Counted from the stretch's first letter, positions 28,655 through 39,061 are shown. The stretch is 64,000 bases of DNA from Terriglobia bacterium (GCA_965198225.1 CBDAOY010000006.1:997713-1061712); one strand, 5' to 3'. Notes: a model not told the origin generated them from the letters alone. Program-made: numbers and translations.

Positions 28655-30922
28655 CTACAACTGCGCGTTGTCGATCTCTTCGAAGTAGTCCGGCTTGACG
28701 AGAACTTCACGCGGTTTGCTGCCCTCGGGAGGGCCGACGAGGCCGTCGGCTTCCATCGCATCCAGAATACTCGCCGCACGACCATAGCCGATTCGAAGTC
28801 GGCGCTGCAACGCGGACGTAGACGCCTTTCCCATCTCGACGACGAGACGCACGGCTTTGTCGTACAGCTCGTCGGTCGCGCCGTCGGGCTCCAGTTTGGC
28901 CCGACGCTCTTCGGGCGATTCCAGGACGCTCTCATTGTACGTCGGATTGCCCTGAGCCCTCAGGTAATCTGCGACCCGGCTGACCTCGTCCTCGGTCACC
29001 ATCGGGCCGTGTGCGCGCATCAAACGTGCCGATCCCGGCGGCAGGAACAGCATGTCGCCGCGCCCGAGAAGCGTCTCGGCGCCATTGGCATCGAGGATCG
29101 TCCGGGAGTCGACCTTCGATGCGACGCGGAAGGAGATTCGGGCAGGGAAGTTCGCCTTGATGAGCCCCGTGATGACGTCGACAGAAGGCCGCTGGGTGGC
29201 CAGGACCAGATGTATACCGACCGCGCGCGCCATCTGTGCCAGTCGTGTGATGGCCTCTTCGACATCGCGCGAGGCCACCATCATCAGGTCGGCCAACTCG
29301 TCGATGACGATGATGATGTATGGGAGCTGCTCGCGCCCTTCCTCGGCGTCCACTTCGCCGAATCCCGGAATCGGAAGCTGCTTGACGTGTTCGTTGTAGG
29401 CATCGAGGGTGCGGACGCCGCGCTGGGCGAGTTTTTTGTACCGGACCTCCATCTCCGAAACGGCCCACTTCAGCGCGTTCTGTGCGACCATCGGCTCGGT
29501 CACGACCGGAACCAGGAGATGGGGGATGTCCTGGTAGAGTCCCAGTTCGAGCCTCTTCGGGTCGATCATGATCAGCTTGACCTGATCGGGCTTCGAGCGA
29601 AACAGGATCGAAAGAATCAGAGAATTGATCGAGACGGACTTTCCCGTGCCCGTCGCGCCGGCGATCAACAGGTGCGGCATCCGGTGCAGGTCCGAGACGA
29701 CCATCTTGCCGGTGATGTCTTTACCGAGCGCCAGAGGCAGTCGGGCGCTCGACTTCAAGTATTCGTTCGATTCGATCAGCTCGCGAAGCATGATCGGGGT
29801 GCGTTCCGGATTCGGTACCTCGATGCCGACGGTCGACTTGCCGGGAATGCGATCGATCCGAATCGATTCGGCTTCCAGTGCCAGGCACAGATCCTCACCC
29901 AGATTGGTGACCTTGGAGTACTTGATGCCTGGTTCGGGTTTGAATTCAAACGTCGTGACGACCGGGCCCGGATGAATCTGCTGGACCTTTCCAACGACTT
30001 CGAATTCCTTCGCCTTCTGCTCGATCAACTCCGCGCGCTCCCGGAGTTGGTCTTCATCGATCGGAACCATTTCCTCGGGCGGCACAAGCAGTTCGGGTGA
30101 CGGGAAGTTCACCGTTGTCAACGGAACCGCGGCGGTCTCGGTAGCGACCGGCTCGTCGATCGGGACCAGCTGCTGCTGTTCCGGCGGGGTGGCCTTTTTC
30201 TTCCTGATCGAACGAATCGTCCGCTCCTTCTTCTTCGTCCGGGCAGGCCTGGCAATCGTCGGCGCGGCATTTTTCTTCAGGATTCTGCGCCGTGTCCTCT
30301 CCTTCGCCTGCTCTTCGTACCAGTCCCCGACGCGCTGACGCCAGAGGGCAACGAACCCGAGCCGCGACTTCACCGCTTCGCCGGTCTGCACCAGGGAAAA
30401 CTTCGTCGCCAGCAGCAGCGCCACGAGGAACGTCGAGATCAGGACGATCACAGCGCCGGTCGGGTTGAATGTTGCGTTCAGCCAGTCGGCGATCAGCCTG
30501 CCTCCTCCGCCGCCGGCCGGGATCTGCCTGCCGATGCGCGGGAGCGACGGCGACAGGGAGAGGGCAGCCGCGATGGTCAATATCACCAGAACCATTCCGG
30601 TCAGACGGGGAAGCGCGTTCCGGACAGTCCACGAAGCGAGCCAGTGGAACGCGTAGATGCCCAGGAATATCGGAAACAGGAATCCGGCGTAACCGAAGGC
30701 CTGGAACAGCAGGTCCGACGCGTGGGATCCCACGACGCCGATCAGGTTTGCCGGGGCGCCGTCAAAACCCGGGTTGCGGCTGATGTTGAACGACGGGTCC
30801 GACGGATCGAACGAGATCAGGCTGAGGCCAGCCAGGACGGCGACGGTGACGAGCACGAGGCCGACGAACTCGTTGACCCGCCGGTGCTCGGTCGGCGTGA
30901 GATAGGTGATCCACCTCATCAA
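28655..30922 (-). CDS. ftsK: DNA translocase FtsK
   Basis: 4TM N-terminus, PHLLIAGATGTGKS, IDPK, ATQRPS, gamma domain LQRRLRIGYGRAA. Confidence 0.97.
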   Translation of the reverse strand: MMRWITYLTPTEHRRVNEFVGLVLVTVAVLAGLSLISFDPSDPSFNISRNPGFDGAPANLIGVVGSHASDLLFQAFGYAGFLFPIFLGIYAFHWLASWTVRNALPRLTGMVLVILTIAAALSLSPSLPRIGRQIPAGGGGGRLIADWLNATFNPTGAVIVLISTFLVALLLATKFSLVQTGEAVKSRLGFVALWRQRVGDWYEEQAKERTRRRILKKNAAPTIARPARTKKKERTIRSIRKKKATPPEQQQLVPIDEPVATETAAVPLTTVNFPSPELLVPPEEMVPIDEDQLRERAELIEQKAKEFEVVGKVQQIHPGPVVTTFEFKPEPGIKYSKVTNLGEDLCLALEAESIRIDRIPGKSTVGIEVPNPERTPIMLRELIESNEYLKSSARLPLALGKDITGKMVVSDLHRMPHLLIAGATGTGKSVSINSLILSILFRSKPDQVKLIMIDPKRLELGLYQDIPHLLVPVVTEPMVAQNALKWAVSEMEVRYKKLAQRGVRTLDAYNEHVKQLPIPGFGEVDAEEGREQLPYIIIVIDELADLMMVASRDVEEAITRLAQMARAVGIHLVLATQRPSVDVITGLIKANFPARISFRVASKVDSRTILDANGAETLLGRGDMLFLPPGSARLMRAHGPMVTEDEVSRVADYLRAQGNPTYNESVLESPEERRAKLEPDGATDELYDKAVRLVVEMGKASTSALQRRLRIGYGRAASILDAMEADGLVGPPEGSKPREVLVKPDYFEEIDNAQL

Positions 30923-30931
30923 CCGAGCATT

Positions 30932-31744
30932 TTACCGAAATCCGGACCAGAATGCGAGAAAGACCACAATACCCAGCCCTATGCGGTAGTAAATGAACGC
31001 ATATGTTGTGTTTGTGGCCAGATACCTTAAGAGGAACGCGATGGCCACATAGCCGACCACGGCGGAGGCCGCGATCCCGACTCCCAGCAGGGCCAGTTCG
31101 GCTCCGGTCACGCCGCCGTTGGCAAGGTCGAAAGTCTTTTTGGCGACCGCGCCCGCGATCAGCGGCGTCGAGAGGAAGAACGAGAAACGAGCCGCCGCCT
31201 CGCGGGTCATGCCTCGAAACAGCGCTGCGGTGATCGTCACTCCGGATCGCGAGACCCCCGGAACCAGCGACAGCGCCTGTGCAACGCCGATCACGATCGC
31301 GTCCATCCACGAAACATGCTCCAGGCTCTTCTCCCTTCGTCCCCGCATTTCTGCCGCAACGAGGACGAGGGCGAGCGAGATCAGCGTGAACGATATGACC
31401 AACGGGCTGCGGAGGTAGGTTTCGATCAGGTCTTCCGCAAGCAGGCCGACCAGCGCTCCGGGAAGCGTCGCCACGGCGATGAACCGAACCATCCGTTCGT
31501 TTGGCCCCGAACCGTTGCCCCGGGCAACGTTCAACGCGGAGCGCGCGAAAGCGATCCACTCCACCCGGAAGAACCAGATGAGCGCGACCAGCGTGCCGAG
31601 GTGCAGGGCGACATCGAAGGTGAGGCCGGGATCCTCCCAACCCATGAACCAGGGAAGCAGGACAAGGTGAGCCGTGCTGCTGATCGGCAGAAACTCCGTG
31701 ATGCCCTGGACGATGCCGTAGATGATGGCCTGTAGATAATCCAT
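30932..31744 (-). CDS. uppP: Undecaprenyl-diphosphatase
   Basis: QGITEFLPISSTAH, PGVSRSG. Confidence 0.96.
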   Translation of the reverse strand: MDYLQAIIYGIVQGITEFLPISSTAHLVLLPWFMGWEDPGLTFDVALHLGTLVALIWFFRVEWIAFARSALNVARGNGSGPNERMVRFIAVATLPGALVGLLAEDLIETYLRSPLVISFTLISLALVLVAAEMRGRREKSLEHVSWMDAIVIGVAQALSLVPGVSRSGVTITAALFRGMTREAAARFSFFLSTPLIAGAVAKKTFDLANGGVTGAELALLGVGIAASAVVGYVAIAFLLRYLATNTTYAFIYYRIGLGIVVFLAFWSGFR

Positions 31745-31756
31745 TCAGGTGACGGT

Positions 31757-31822
31757 GTAGGTGCGGTCTATGACCGCACATCGCTCCAACCTGCCGGTTG
31801 TGCGCTAACAGAGCGCACCTAC
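31757..31822. repeat. GTAG-family REP doublet
   Basis: Same inverted pair. Confidence 0.9.
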
Positions 31823-31828
31823 ACCACA

Positions 31829-33490
31829 TCAAATTTCCATGATGACGGGCAGTATGAACGGTCGTGTCGAGAGTTGTTTTCGGATGTAGCGCTTCAGGGC
31901 CAGGCGGACCTTCTCTTTGATCATCGACCAGTCTCCGCGCTCCTCGACCGTGGAGGATTCGATTGTTTCGATGACCAACTGACGGCATTCCTCGACCAGT
32001 TCATCGTCTTCGTCGACGGCCAATCCCCGGAAGACCATCTCGGGAGGGATCTCCATCTCGCCCGTCTGTTTGTTGATCGCGATGACCGGGAGCACGATGC
32101 CGTCTTCGGAGATGTGCCTCCGATCCCGGATGACCAGGTCGGCGACTTCTTCGAGGCTGCCCTCATCGATCAGGACACGGCCGACAGGCGCTTTATCGAC
32201 GATGTCGACGCCGGCCTCGTCGAAACGGATCACATCGCCTGTTTCTGCCAGCAGAATCTTTTCGCCGATCACGCCGGTCTGCTCCGCCAGCTTCGCGTGC
32301 CGGCGCAGGTGGCGGTAGCTGCCGTGAATCGGGATGAAGAAGCGGGGCTTCACGAGCATCATCATGACCTTGAGCTCTTCGGCGCTGGCGTGCCCGCTCA
32401 CATGTACCGGTGGCGTCGAGCCGTCCTGGTAGAGGACATCGGTGTTCCGTCGGTAGAGATGGTCCATCATGCGGGAGATCTGCCGTTCGTTGCCGGGTAT
32501 GATTCGGGAAGAGAGTACGACCGTGTCGTCGGCATCCAGGTGCAGATCCTTATGCTGCTCCACGGCCGCACGGGCCATGGCCGACATGGGCTCTCCCTGG
32601 CAGCCGCTGACGATCACGCAGATCTTTTCGCGGGGCTGGTTCTTGATCTCCTTGGGCCGAACGACCAATCCCGGCGGGAGATGGAGCGACCCCAGGTTCT
32701 GCGCGATTTCGGTGTTTGCGAGCATCCGCCTGCCGAGAAACCCGAGCTTACGGTCGTGTCGTTTCGCGGTGTCGGCGATGATCTGTATGCGATGGATGGC
32801 CGAGGTGAAGCAGGAGACGACGATACGGCCCGTCGCGCTGCGGAAGATCGCGTCGAAACGGTCCTCCACCGCCCGTTCCGAAGGCGTGTAGCCGGAACGC
32901 TCCGCGTTGGTGCTGTCGGAAAAGAGCGCCAGCACGCCCTCCTCACCGTAGGAGGCGAAGGCAGGCAGGTCAAAATGCCTGCCATCGATGGGCGAGGGAT
33001 CGATCTTGAAATCCCCGGTGTGGATGACGAGTCCGGCCGGGGTGTGGATGGCAAGCGCCATCGAATCGACGATGGAGTGCGTCACCGCGATGAAATCGAC
33101 GGAGAAGGGCCCGAGTTCGATCGTGTCGTTGGGAACGACTTCGTGGAGCGTCGCCTCTTCGAGCAGACCGTGATCTTCCAGCTTCTTACGCACCAGTTCG
33201 AGGGTGAACGCGCTGCCGTAGACAGGAACGTTGAGGTAAGGCAGGATGAAGGGCAGAGCTCCGATGTGGTCCTCGTGCCCATGCGTCAGGACGATGGCTT
33301 CGACCTGCTCGATGTTGTCGAGTAGAAAGGTGACGTCGGGCACGATGACATCGACGCCCAGAAGCTCCTGTTCGGGAAACATCAGCCCGCAATCGACAAC
33401 GATGATCGAGCCCTCCGAGCGGAACGCCATCGTGTGCATTCCGAACTCGCCCAAGCCGCCGAGCGGTATGACTTCTAGTGGGGCAGTCAT
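31829..33490 (-). CDS. rnj: Ribonuclease J
   Basis: PLGGLGEFG, THGHEDHIG, HTGDFK, HVSGH. Confidence 0.96.
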   Translation of the reverse strand: MTAPLEVIPLGGLGEFGMHTMAFRSEGSIIVVDCGLMFPEQELLGVDVIVPDVTFLLDNIEQVEAIVLTHGHEDHIGALPFILPYLNVPVYGSAFTLELVRKKLEDHGLLEEATLHEVVPNDTIELGPFSVDFIAVTHSIVDSMALAIHTPAGLVIHTGDFKIDPSPIDGRHFDLPAFASYGEEGVLALFSDSTNAERSGYTPSERAVEDRFDAIFRSATGRIVVSCFTSAIHRIQIIADTAKRHDRKLGFLGRRMLANTEIAQNLGSLHLPPGLVVRPKEIKNQPREKICVIVSGCQGEPMSAMARAAVEQHKDLHLDADDTVVLSSRIIPGNERQISRMMDHLYRRNTDVLYQDGSTPPVHVSGHASAEELKVMMMLVKPRFFIPIHGSYRHLRRHAKLAEQTGVIGEKILLAETGDVIRFDEAGVDIVDKAPVGRVLIDEGSLEEVADLVIRDRRHISEDGIVLPVIAINKQTGEMEIPPEMVFRGLAVDEDDELVEECRQLVIETIESSTVEERGDWSMIKEKVRLALKRYIRKQLSTRPFILPVIMEI

Positions 33491-33607
33491 CGGGGAAGAG
33501 TATAGCCGTTTGCGGGTCTCAATTGGTCCCGGAAGCACGGGTCGTAGGCCGTAGGCCGTTGTCCGTTGGCGGCTGCGCCGCTAGGACGCCGGGTCGGGTC
33601 AGACCTT

Positions 33608-34381
33608 TCAGCCCAGCGGTTTTATGGCTCGAAACAACCGCAGGTAATCTTCGACGGAAAGGTCTTCGGGCCGTGCATCGGCGTCAATCCCGACGGCTTT
33701 CACGATGTCGATCAGGTTCTCGCGGCCCTTGTTTCCGTACATCGCCATCAGGTTATTGACCAGCTTCTTCCGCCGGGACGTGAACGCTTTTCGCACGAAC
33801 TTCATCAGGGCGGGCGCGTCGGCAACGTTATCGCGCCACGTCAGACGAATTACCGCGGAATCGACCTTCGGTCGGGGCGTGAAGGCTCCCGGCGGGACCC
33901 CGAAGCCGCGTTCGACCTCGGCGTAGTACTGGATGCCGATCGAAAGAGGGCTGTAGTCCCGGTTGCCAGGGCCGGCGAGAATCCGGTCGGCGACTTCACG
34001 TTGGATCATGACTGTGACCGAGAGTATGTGGGGCCGCGCCTCCACGATTCGCTCGAGCAGGGGAGTTGCGATGTTGTATGGCAGATTACCGAGCAGGTGG
34101 TAGGGTTCGGGTGAGACTGCCGCCAGATCGTTCCCGAGGGCGTCTCCTTCTACGATCTGTACGTTCGCGGGAACCGACGTCCTGAGCTTTTCTGCCAGAG
34201 CGCGGTCGATTTCTATAGCGACGACCCGTCTGACTCGGCCGGCGATCGCTTTCGTCAACGCGCCACGCCCGGGACCGATCTCGACTACGGTGTCGCCGGG
34301 GCCGATCCGGGAAAAATCCACGATTTGCCCGAGTATGGCCGGGTCGGATAGGAAGTGTTGTCCGAAGCGCTTCTTGGGCAT
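33608..34381 (-). CDS. rsmA: 16S rRNA dimethyladenosine transferase
   Basis: KKRFGQHFL, EIGPGRG, NLPYNI, PKVDS. Confidence 0.96.
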   Translation of the reverse strand: MPKKRFGQHFLSDPAILGQIVDFSRIGPGDTVVEIGPGRGALTKAIAGRVRRVVAIEIDRALAEKLRTSVPANVQIVEGDALGNDLAAVSPEPYHLLGNLPYNIATPLLERIVEARPHILSVTVMIQREVADRILAGPGNRDYSPLSIGIQYYAEVERGFGVPPGAFTPRPKVDSAVIRLTWRDNVADAPALMKFVRKAFTSRRKKLVNNLMAMYGNKGRENLIDIVKAVGIDADARPEDLSVEDYLRLFRAIKPLG

Positions 34382-34437
34382 CTTGCGACAGGCTGCCGGC
34401 CCAGAGTGTAAGAGCTCGCGACCGAAGACCGCGAGCT

Positions 34438-34708
34438 CTAGTGGCCTGTAACAGAGATAGTGACAGCGTCACCGATGGGCCTTGCGGATCCTGTCTCCAC
34501 TCGTCGCTGATCGAAAAACATCGCCTGTTTCCTAGCTCCGCTGCGTGGCCGGCAAGGCCCATCGTCCCTTCAGGTTGCGGCGGAACAGCACCGTCTTCGT
34601 CGTCGCGCCTTCTCGCAATGAAGCAGCATTAGCTCGGGCGGCCCTCCTAGAACCCGGTAGCGTTGCGCTCGCAACGCCACTATCACTCTCTCTGTTACAG
34701 GTCACTAG
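34438..34708. mobile_element. MITE with CTAG ends
   Basis: TIRs CTAGTGGCCTGTAACAGAGATAGTGA / TCACTCTCTCTGTTACAGGTCACTAG; no ORF; abuts tRNA-Glu 3' end. Confidence 0.8.
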
Positions 34709-34709
34709 A

Positions 34710-34784
34710 CGTCCCGTACGGGATTCGAACCCGTGCTGCAGCCTTGAAAGGGCTGTGTCCTAGACCTGGCTAGACGAACGGGAC
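34710..34784 (-). tRNA. tRNA-Glu (TTC), CCA not encoded
   Basis: GTCCCGTTCGTCTAGCCAGGTCTAGGACACAGCCCTTTCAAGGCTGCAGCACGGGTTCGAATCCCGTACGGGACG. Confidence 0.96.
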
Positions 34785-34972
34785 CAGCTTCCTCAGTGCA
34801 CTCCGGAGTGCATTGAGCAAACTATAACTTGTAGCATCGAACAGGCTGTGAAGTAAACTGGTGTCTCTCGATTCGAGTTAACGCTTTGACAGGCTTCGGG
34901 AAAACGCGTGTAATGGACCTCTGAGCTCATCAAATTGCCGCGTTTTTCCCAGACAATCACGTAGGAGGGTTT

Positions 34973-35659
34973 ATGGCACTTGCGATTGGCGCAACCGCGC
35001 CTGATTTCAACGCAGAAACCACAGACGGTTCGATTAACTTTCACGATTGGATTGGTGACAGCTGGGCGGTCCTGTTCTCGCATCCGAAGGATTTCACGCC
35101 CGTATGCACCACCGAGCTCGGCTACATGGCGAAGCTGAAGCCGGAATTCGACAACCGAAACGTGAAGGTCATCGGCCTCAGCGTGGATTCAGTCGACGAT
35201 CACAAGGCGTGGTCCAAGGATATTGAGGAAACGCAGGGAACTGCGGTGAACTATCCCATGATCGGTGACTCCGACCTGAAGGTGGCCAAGCTCTACAACA
35301 TGCTGCCGGCCGAGACCGAGGGCGGCTCCCAGGGACGCACGGCGAAAGACAACGCCACCGTGCGCAACGTCTACGTGATTGGGCCCGACAAGCAGATCAA
35401 GCTGATGATCACGTACCCGATGAGCACGGGAAGGAATTTCGACGAGGTTCTTCGCGTTATCGATTCCCTCCAGCTCACGGCCAAATACAGCGTGGCGACC
35501 CCGGTGAACTGGAAGGACGGAGAGGACTGCATCATCGTCCCGGCCGTTTCCGACGAAGCCGCGAAAGAGAAGTTTCCGGGTGGATGGAAGACGGTCAAGC
35601 CGTACCTGCGTGTCGTGCCACAGCCGAACAAGGCTGAGGGGAAGGGATCGGCCGGGTAG
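34973..35659 (+). CDS. 1-Cys peroxiredoxin (Prx6)
   Basis: FSHPKDFTPVCTTE, YPMSTGRNFDE. Confidence 0.95.
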   Translation: MALAIGATAPDFNAETTDGSINFHDWIGDSWAVLFSHPKDFTPVCTTELGYMAKLKPEFDNRNVKVIGLSVDSVDDHKAWSKDIEETQGTAVNYPMIGDSDLKVAKLYNMLPAETEGGSQGRTAKDNATVRNVYVIGPDKQIKLMITYPMSTGRNFDEVLRVIDSLQLTAKYSVATPVNWKDGEDCIIVPAVSDEAAKEKFPGGWKTVKPYLRVVPQPNKAEGKGSAG

Positions 35660-35724
35660 GTCGGAAAGGGTGTGGCAGGCGGCCCGCCGCCAGCCACGCC
35701 TCCACCGCATCCGTCCTGACTTTC

Positions 35725-36087
35725 ATGTACATCAAAGACGTCCTGGCCGCACACACACTCTGGTTGGAATCCGACGGCGAGCGTGGCGAACGCGCGGTGT
35801 TGCGGAACGCCATAATGCAGCAGGCCGACCTTCACGACGCCGACCTCACCCGTGCCGACTTGAAAGGGGCGCGGCTGACTGTCGCCGACCTGATGCGCGC
35901 CAACCTGACCGGCGCCGACCTTCGTGGCGCAGACCTGTGGATGTCGGACATGAAGGAGGCGACTCTCCAGGGGACCGACCTCCGGGGCGCTAACCTTGCT
36001 GAAGTGACCGGCCTGACCGCCTCACAGCTGGATGTGGCGATCCTCGACGATGAAACCCAGCTTCCGACGGACCAGGTGAAGAAATAA
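35725..36087 (+). CDS. Pentapeptide repeat protein
   Basis: A(D/N)LxxA repeats. Confidence 0.9.
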   Translation: MYIKDVLAAHTLWLESDGERGERAVLRNAIMQQADLHDADLTRADLKGARLTVADLMRANLTGADLRGADLWMSDMKEATLQGTDLRGANLAEVTGLTASQLDVAILDDETQLPTDQVKK

Positions 36088-36121
36088 GCGTCTGTCGGGC
36101 CCTCGCCGACTCGAACCGCCG

Positions 36122-36340
36122 ATGCAGATTCCCTCCCACCTCCGCCCACGCACCAGGCGGGGCTGGTTCATCATCGCTTACTTCGTCGTCATGTTCGCCT
36201 TGACGCAGTGGCCTTTCCTGGCCTGGGCGAATCGCATCGAACCTTTGATCCTGGGCCTCCCGTTTCTGTACGCATACCTCTGCATCGTCTATGCCCTGAT
36301 GCTAGGCGGCCTCGGGCTGCTGTGGCGGTGGAGGCTATAG
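36122..36340 (+). CDS. DUF3311-like small membrane protein
   Basis: WANRIEPLILGLPFLY; upstream of SSS gene. Confidence 0.8.
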   Translation: MQIPSHLRPRTRRGWFIIAYFVVMFALTQWPFLAWANRIEPLILGLPFLYAYLCIVYALMLGGLGLLWRWRL

Positions 36341-36346
36341 AGAGAG

Positions 36347-37828
36347 ATGGAAGCGTGGGTCATTGCGACGAGCCTGATCGCCGCCTATCTACTTGGATGC
36401 CTTGTCGTCGGCTGGCTGGCCGGGCGGAAGTTGCAGGTCAACATGGACGACTTCGTCGTCTACGGCCGCCGGGCCGGCTTTTTCGTGCTTTACCTCGCTG
36501 TCGTCTCTACCTACCACAGCGCGTTCGCGTTCCTCGGTTCGGGTGGCTTCTTCTACACGCATGGAATCGGATTCTGGGACGCGGGTACCTGGACCCTGAT
36601 GATGGGTCTGATCACCTATGTCTTCGGCACCCGCATCTGGGCGCTCGGTAAGAAGTTCGGCTACCTGACGCCGGCCGACATGCTCGCCGACTATTACGAG
36701 AGCGAAGGCGTCCGGGTTCTCGTGGCGTTCGTGTCGGTCCTGTTCACACTACTCTACATCCAGGTGCAGAGCATGGGGCTGGGCTACATCCTCTCCGCGG
36801 CGACTGGGAACCGGATTTCCGTTGAAGTCTCGGCCGGCATCCTGATGCTGGTCGCCATGTTCTACATCAGCGTGGGCGGGGTGCGTGCGATCTACTGGAC
36901 GGACGTCCTCCAGGGCATCTGGATGTACATCGCGATATGGGGTGGCGCGCTCTACCTCTCTTACAAGTTGTTCGGCGGTCCATTCGCTCTGTGGCAGCGG
37001 GTCGTTACCGAACGTCCGGATCTGCTGACGCTTCCCGGGCCGCAGGGTTTCTTTACCTATCCCATGTGGTTCGGGTTCATGATCACGCTCTCGTTCGGCA
37101 TCGTCTTCCAGCCGCACATCTTCATGCGCTACTACAGCGCGATCGACCTGTCGACGATCAAGAAGTTGGGAGCGACGACTCCGATCTACCTGGCCACCCT
37201 CTACGTGCCGGCTGCCCTGGTGGGATTGGGCGGCGCGCTGGCGCTGCCGGGGCTGGAGTTTCCGGATCGTGTGTTTCCGGAAATGTTGTTCCAGTTCGCT
37301 CCCGCCTGGATGACGGGGTTGGTGCTGGCGGGGGCGGCCGCGGCCGCGATGTCGACACTGGAGGGGATCATCCATTCCAACATGACGGTCCTGACGCGGG
37401 ACGTCTACCAGCGCTACGTGCGGCCCGACGCGCCTCCGGAGCACTACGTCAAGGTGGGCCGCATCATCATCGTCGGGCTGATCGGTATCGGTTACTGGCT
37501 GAGCCTGGCCAGCTACGATTTCCTCGTGACGATCGTGACGCTGTCGGGAGCCGGCGCCATGCAGCTTTGGCCCGGCATCATGGGCAACCTGTTCCCCTCG
37601 AAGTTCAAGTTCACCCGCGCCGGGGTGATGGCTGGCATGATCGCCGGACTCTTCACCTTGTACTGGACGTTGATCGCCTACCCCCACCCGCTGACTCTGC
37701 ATGGCGGCGTCTGGGGAACCGCCGTCAACTTCGCAATCGCGATCGCAGTGTCCACCTTCACCGAGCCTCCTTCGAAAGAGACCGAAGAACGCATCCACGG
37801 GACGCTGGAGAAAGCGTTGTACGGCTAG
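36347..37828 (+). CDS. Sodium:solute symporter family protein
   Basis: Multiple TMs, SAFAFLG, AAAMST motif. Confidence 0.93.
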   Translation: MEAWVIATSLIAAYLLGCLVVGWLAGRKLQVNMDDFVVYGRRAGFFVLYLAVVSTYHSAFAFLGSGGFFYTHGIGFWDAGTWTLMMGLITYVFGTRIWALGKKFGYLTPADMLADYYESEGVRVLVAFVSVLFTLLYIQVQSMGLGYILSAATGNRISVEVSAGILMLVAMFYISVGGVRAIYWTDVLQGIWMYIAIWGGALYLSYKLFGGPFALWQRVVTERPDLLTLPGPQGFFTYPMWFGFMITLSFGIVFQPHIFMRYYSAIDLSTIKKLGATTPIYLATLYVPAALVGLGGALALPGLEFPDRVFPEMLFQFAPAWMTGLVLAGAAAAAMSTLEGIIHSNMTVLTRDVYQRYVRPDAPPEHYVKVGRIIIVGLIGIGYWLSLASYDFLVTIVTLSGAGAMQLWPGIMGNLFPSKFKFTRAGVMAGMIAGLFTLYWTLIAYPHPLTLHGGVWGTAVNFAIAIAVSTFTEPPSKETEERIHGTLEKALYG

Positions 37829-37846
37829 ATCGACGGAGCCGATCAG

Positions 37847-37985
37847 ATCTGAAATCTCGAATCTACAATCTCGAATTTCAAATGCGGAGTTTGCAATAGG
37901 TCAATCTGCAATGACTGTCGAGCAGCCAAGTCAGACATTGCAAATTTTTCTATCGGAGAATCGGCAATACAGATTTTGTGGGTGG
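37847..37985 (+). repeat. AT-rich heptamer palindromic element (copy B)
   Basis: Heptamers, CAATCTGCAATG-22nt-CATTGCAAATTTTTCTATCGGAGAA. Confidence 0.85.
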
Positions 37986-38012
37986 AAATACGGCAGGACT
38001 CGGCGTAAAGGT

Positions 38013-38306
38013 TCACTGAGAACCGCGTTCCGAATCCAGCAAGTCGGCAGCGGGGACACCTTTCAAGGCGCGGGGCATCACTGGGTAGCGGGTTGGGTCG
38101 TTGGGCCCGTCGCCATGCACAAGGCCTCTGCGGCGCAACTCGGTCAGCGTCGTTACGATCTCGCCGCTTCGCGAACTTCTTTTCGGGGGGCTCAATTCCG
38201 CGACCACCACACCTCGATCGGTTATGATGACGGTTTCCCCGCTCTTCGCGCGCTGCACGTATTTGCTCAGCTGTTTCTTGAGTTCTCGGAGCCCGACTCT
38301 GGACAT
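38013..38306 (-). CDS. Phd/YefM family antitoxin (cognate PIN toxin truncated)
   Basis: VGLRELKKQLSKYVQRAKSGETVIITDRGVVVAEL; overlapping GTG NLYAES start cut by repeat. Confidence 0.88.
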   Translation of the reverse strand: MSRVGLRELKKQLSKYVQRAKSGETVIITDRGVVVAELSPPKRSSRSGEIVTTLTELRRRGLVHGDGPNDPTRYPVMPRALKGVPAADLLDSERGSQ

Positions 38307-38384
38307 GGCTTCAATGTAGCCCCATGAGACCTCAAAGAGTCAAGTGCCGGAGCGCCACGGGGAGGATCCCGTCCCCGAACTCGA

Positions 38385-38550
38385 GAATCTGAAATCTCAA
38401 ATCTGCAATCTCGAATTTCACGATGTGGATTTTCCGCTAATCAATCTGCAATGACCTCGCACCAATCCCGACTCACAAATGCATTGCAAATTTTTCTATC
38501 GGAGAACCCTCATGGGAGATTTGGTGATTGGAGATTCCAAATTGGAGATC
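38385..38550 (+). repeat. AT-rich heptamer palindromic element (copy C)
   Basis: Same arms, 28-nt spacer. Confidence 0.85.
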
Positions 38551-38603
38551 GAAAAAACACGCCTTGGTTTGAACGTTGCCGGAAAAGGGAATACTCTCAG
38601 GCC

Positions 38604-38798
38604 ATGTTCCGGTTGGGCCTTCCCGAACTCGCGATCATGCTGGGGATCGTTTTCTTCCTGTGTGGCACACGGCTTGTTCCCCGCAGAGACACGTCGGAGG
38701 AGGGAACCGTCCCAACCTTCAACAAGCGATTTTTCCTCGGCCCCGGGGCCGCCCTCGCAACCTTTGTCCTCGTCGAATTCCTCCTCTCGCTAGGTTAG
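38604..38798 (+). CDS. Small membrane protein with TatA-like N-terminus
   Basis: MFRLGLPELAIMLGIVFFLCG plus second hydrophobic segment. Confidence 0.45.
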   Translation: MFRLGLPELAIMLGIVFFLCGTRLVPRRDTSEEGTVPTFNKRFFLGPGAALATFVLVEFLLSLG

Positions 38799-38819
38799 GA
38801 GAGGTCTCGACAGGCAGGT

Positions 38820-38886
38820 GTAGGTGCGCTCTATGAGCGCACTATGATCGAATCCGGGAAGATGTGCGGTCATAGACCGCACCTAC
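38820..38886. repeat. GTAG-family REP doublet
   Basis: Same inverted pair. Confidence 0.9.
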
Positions 38887-38897
38887 ACCGAATTCAA

Positions 38898-39058
38898 CAA
38901 TCTGAAATCTCGAATTTACAGTCTCGAATTTCTGATGTGGATTTTTCGTTGGTCAATCTGCAATGACCTCGCAGGGACGCGGCACAAGCATTGCAAATTT
39001 TCTATCGGAGAATCCGCATTGGAGATTGCTCAATTCGAAATTCGAGATTGGAAATTCA
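38898..39058 (+). repeat. AT-rich heptamer palindromic element (copy D)
   Basis: Same arms, 23-nt spacer. Confidence 0.85.
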
Positions 39059-39061
39059 AGG

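Noticed and set aside
37847-39058. Repeat-spacer palindromes as CRISPR
   Set aside because: Arms are inverted around one spacer and units are hundreds of bases apart
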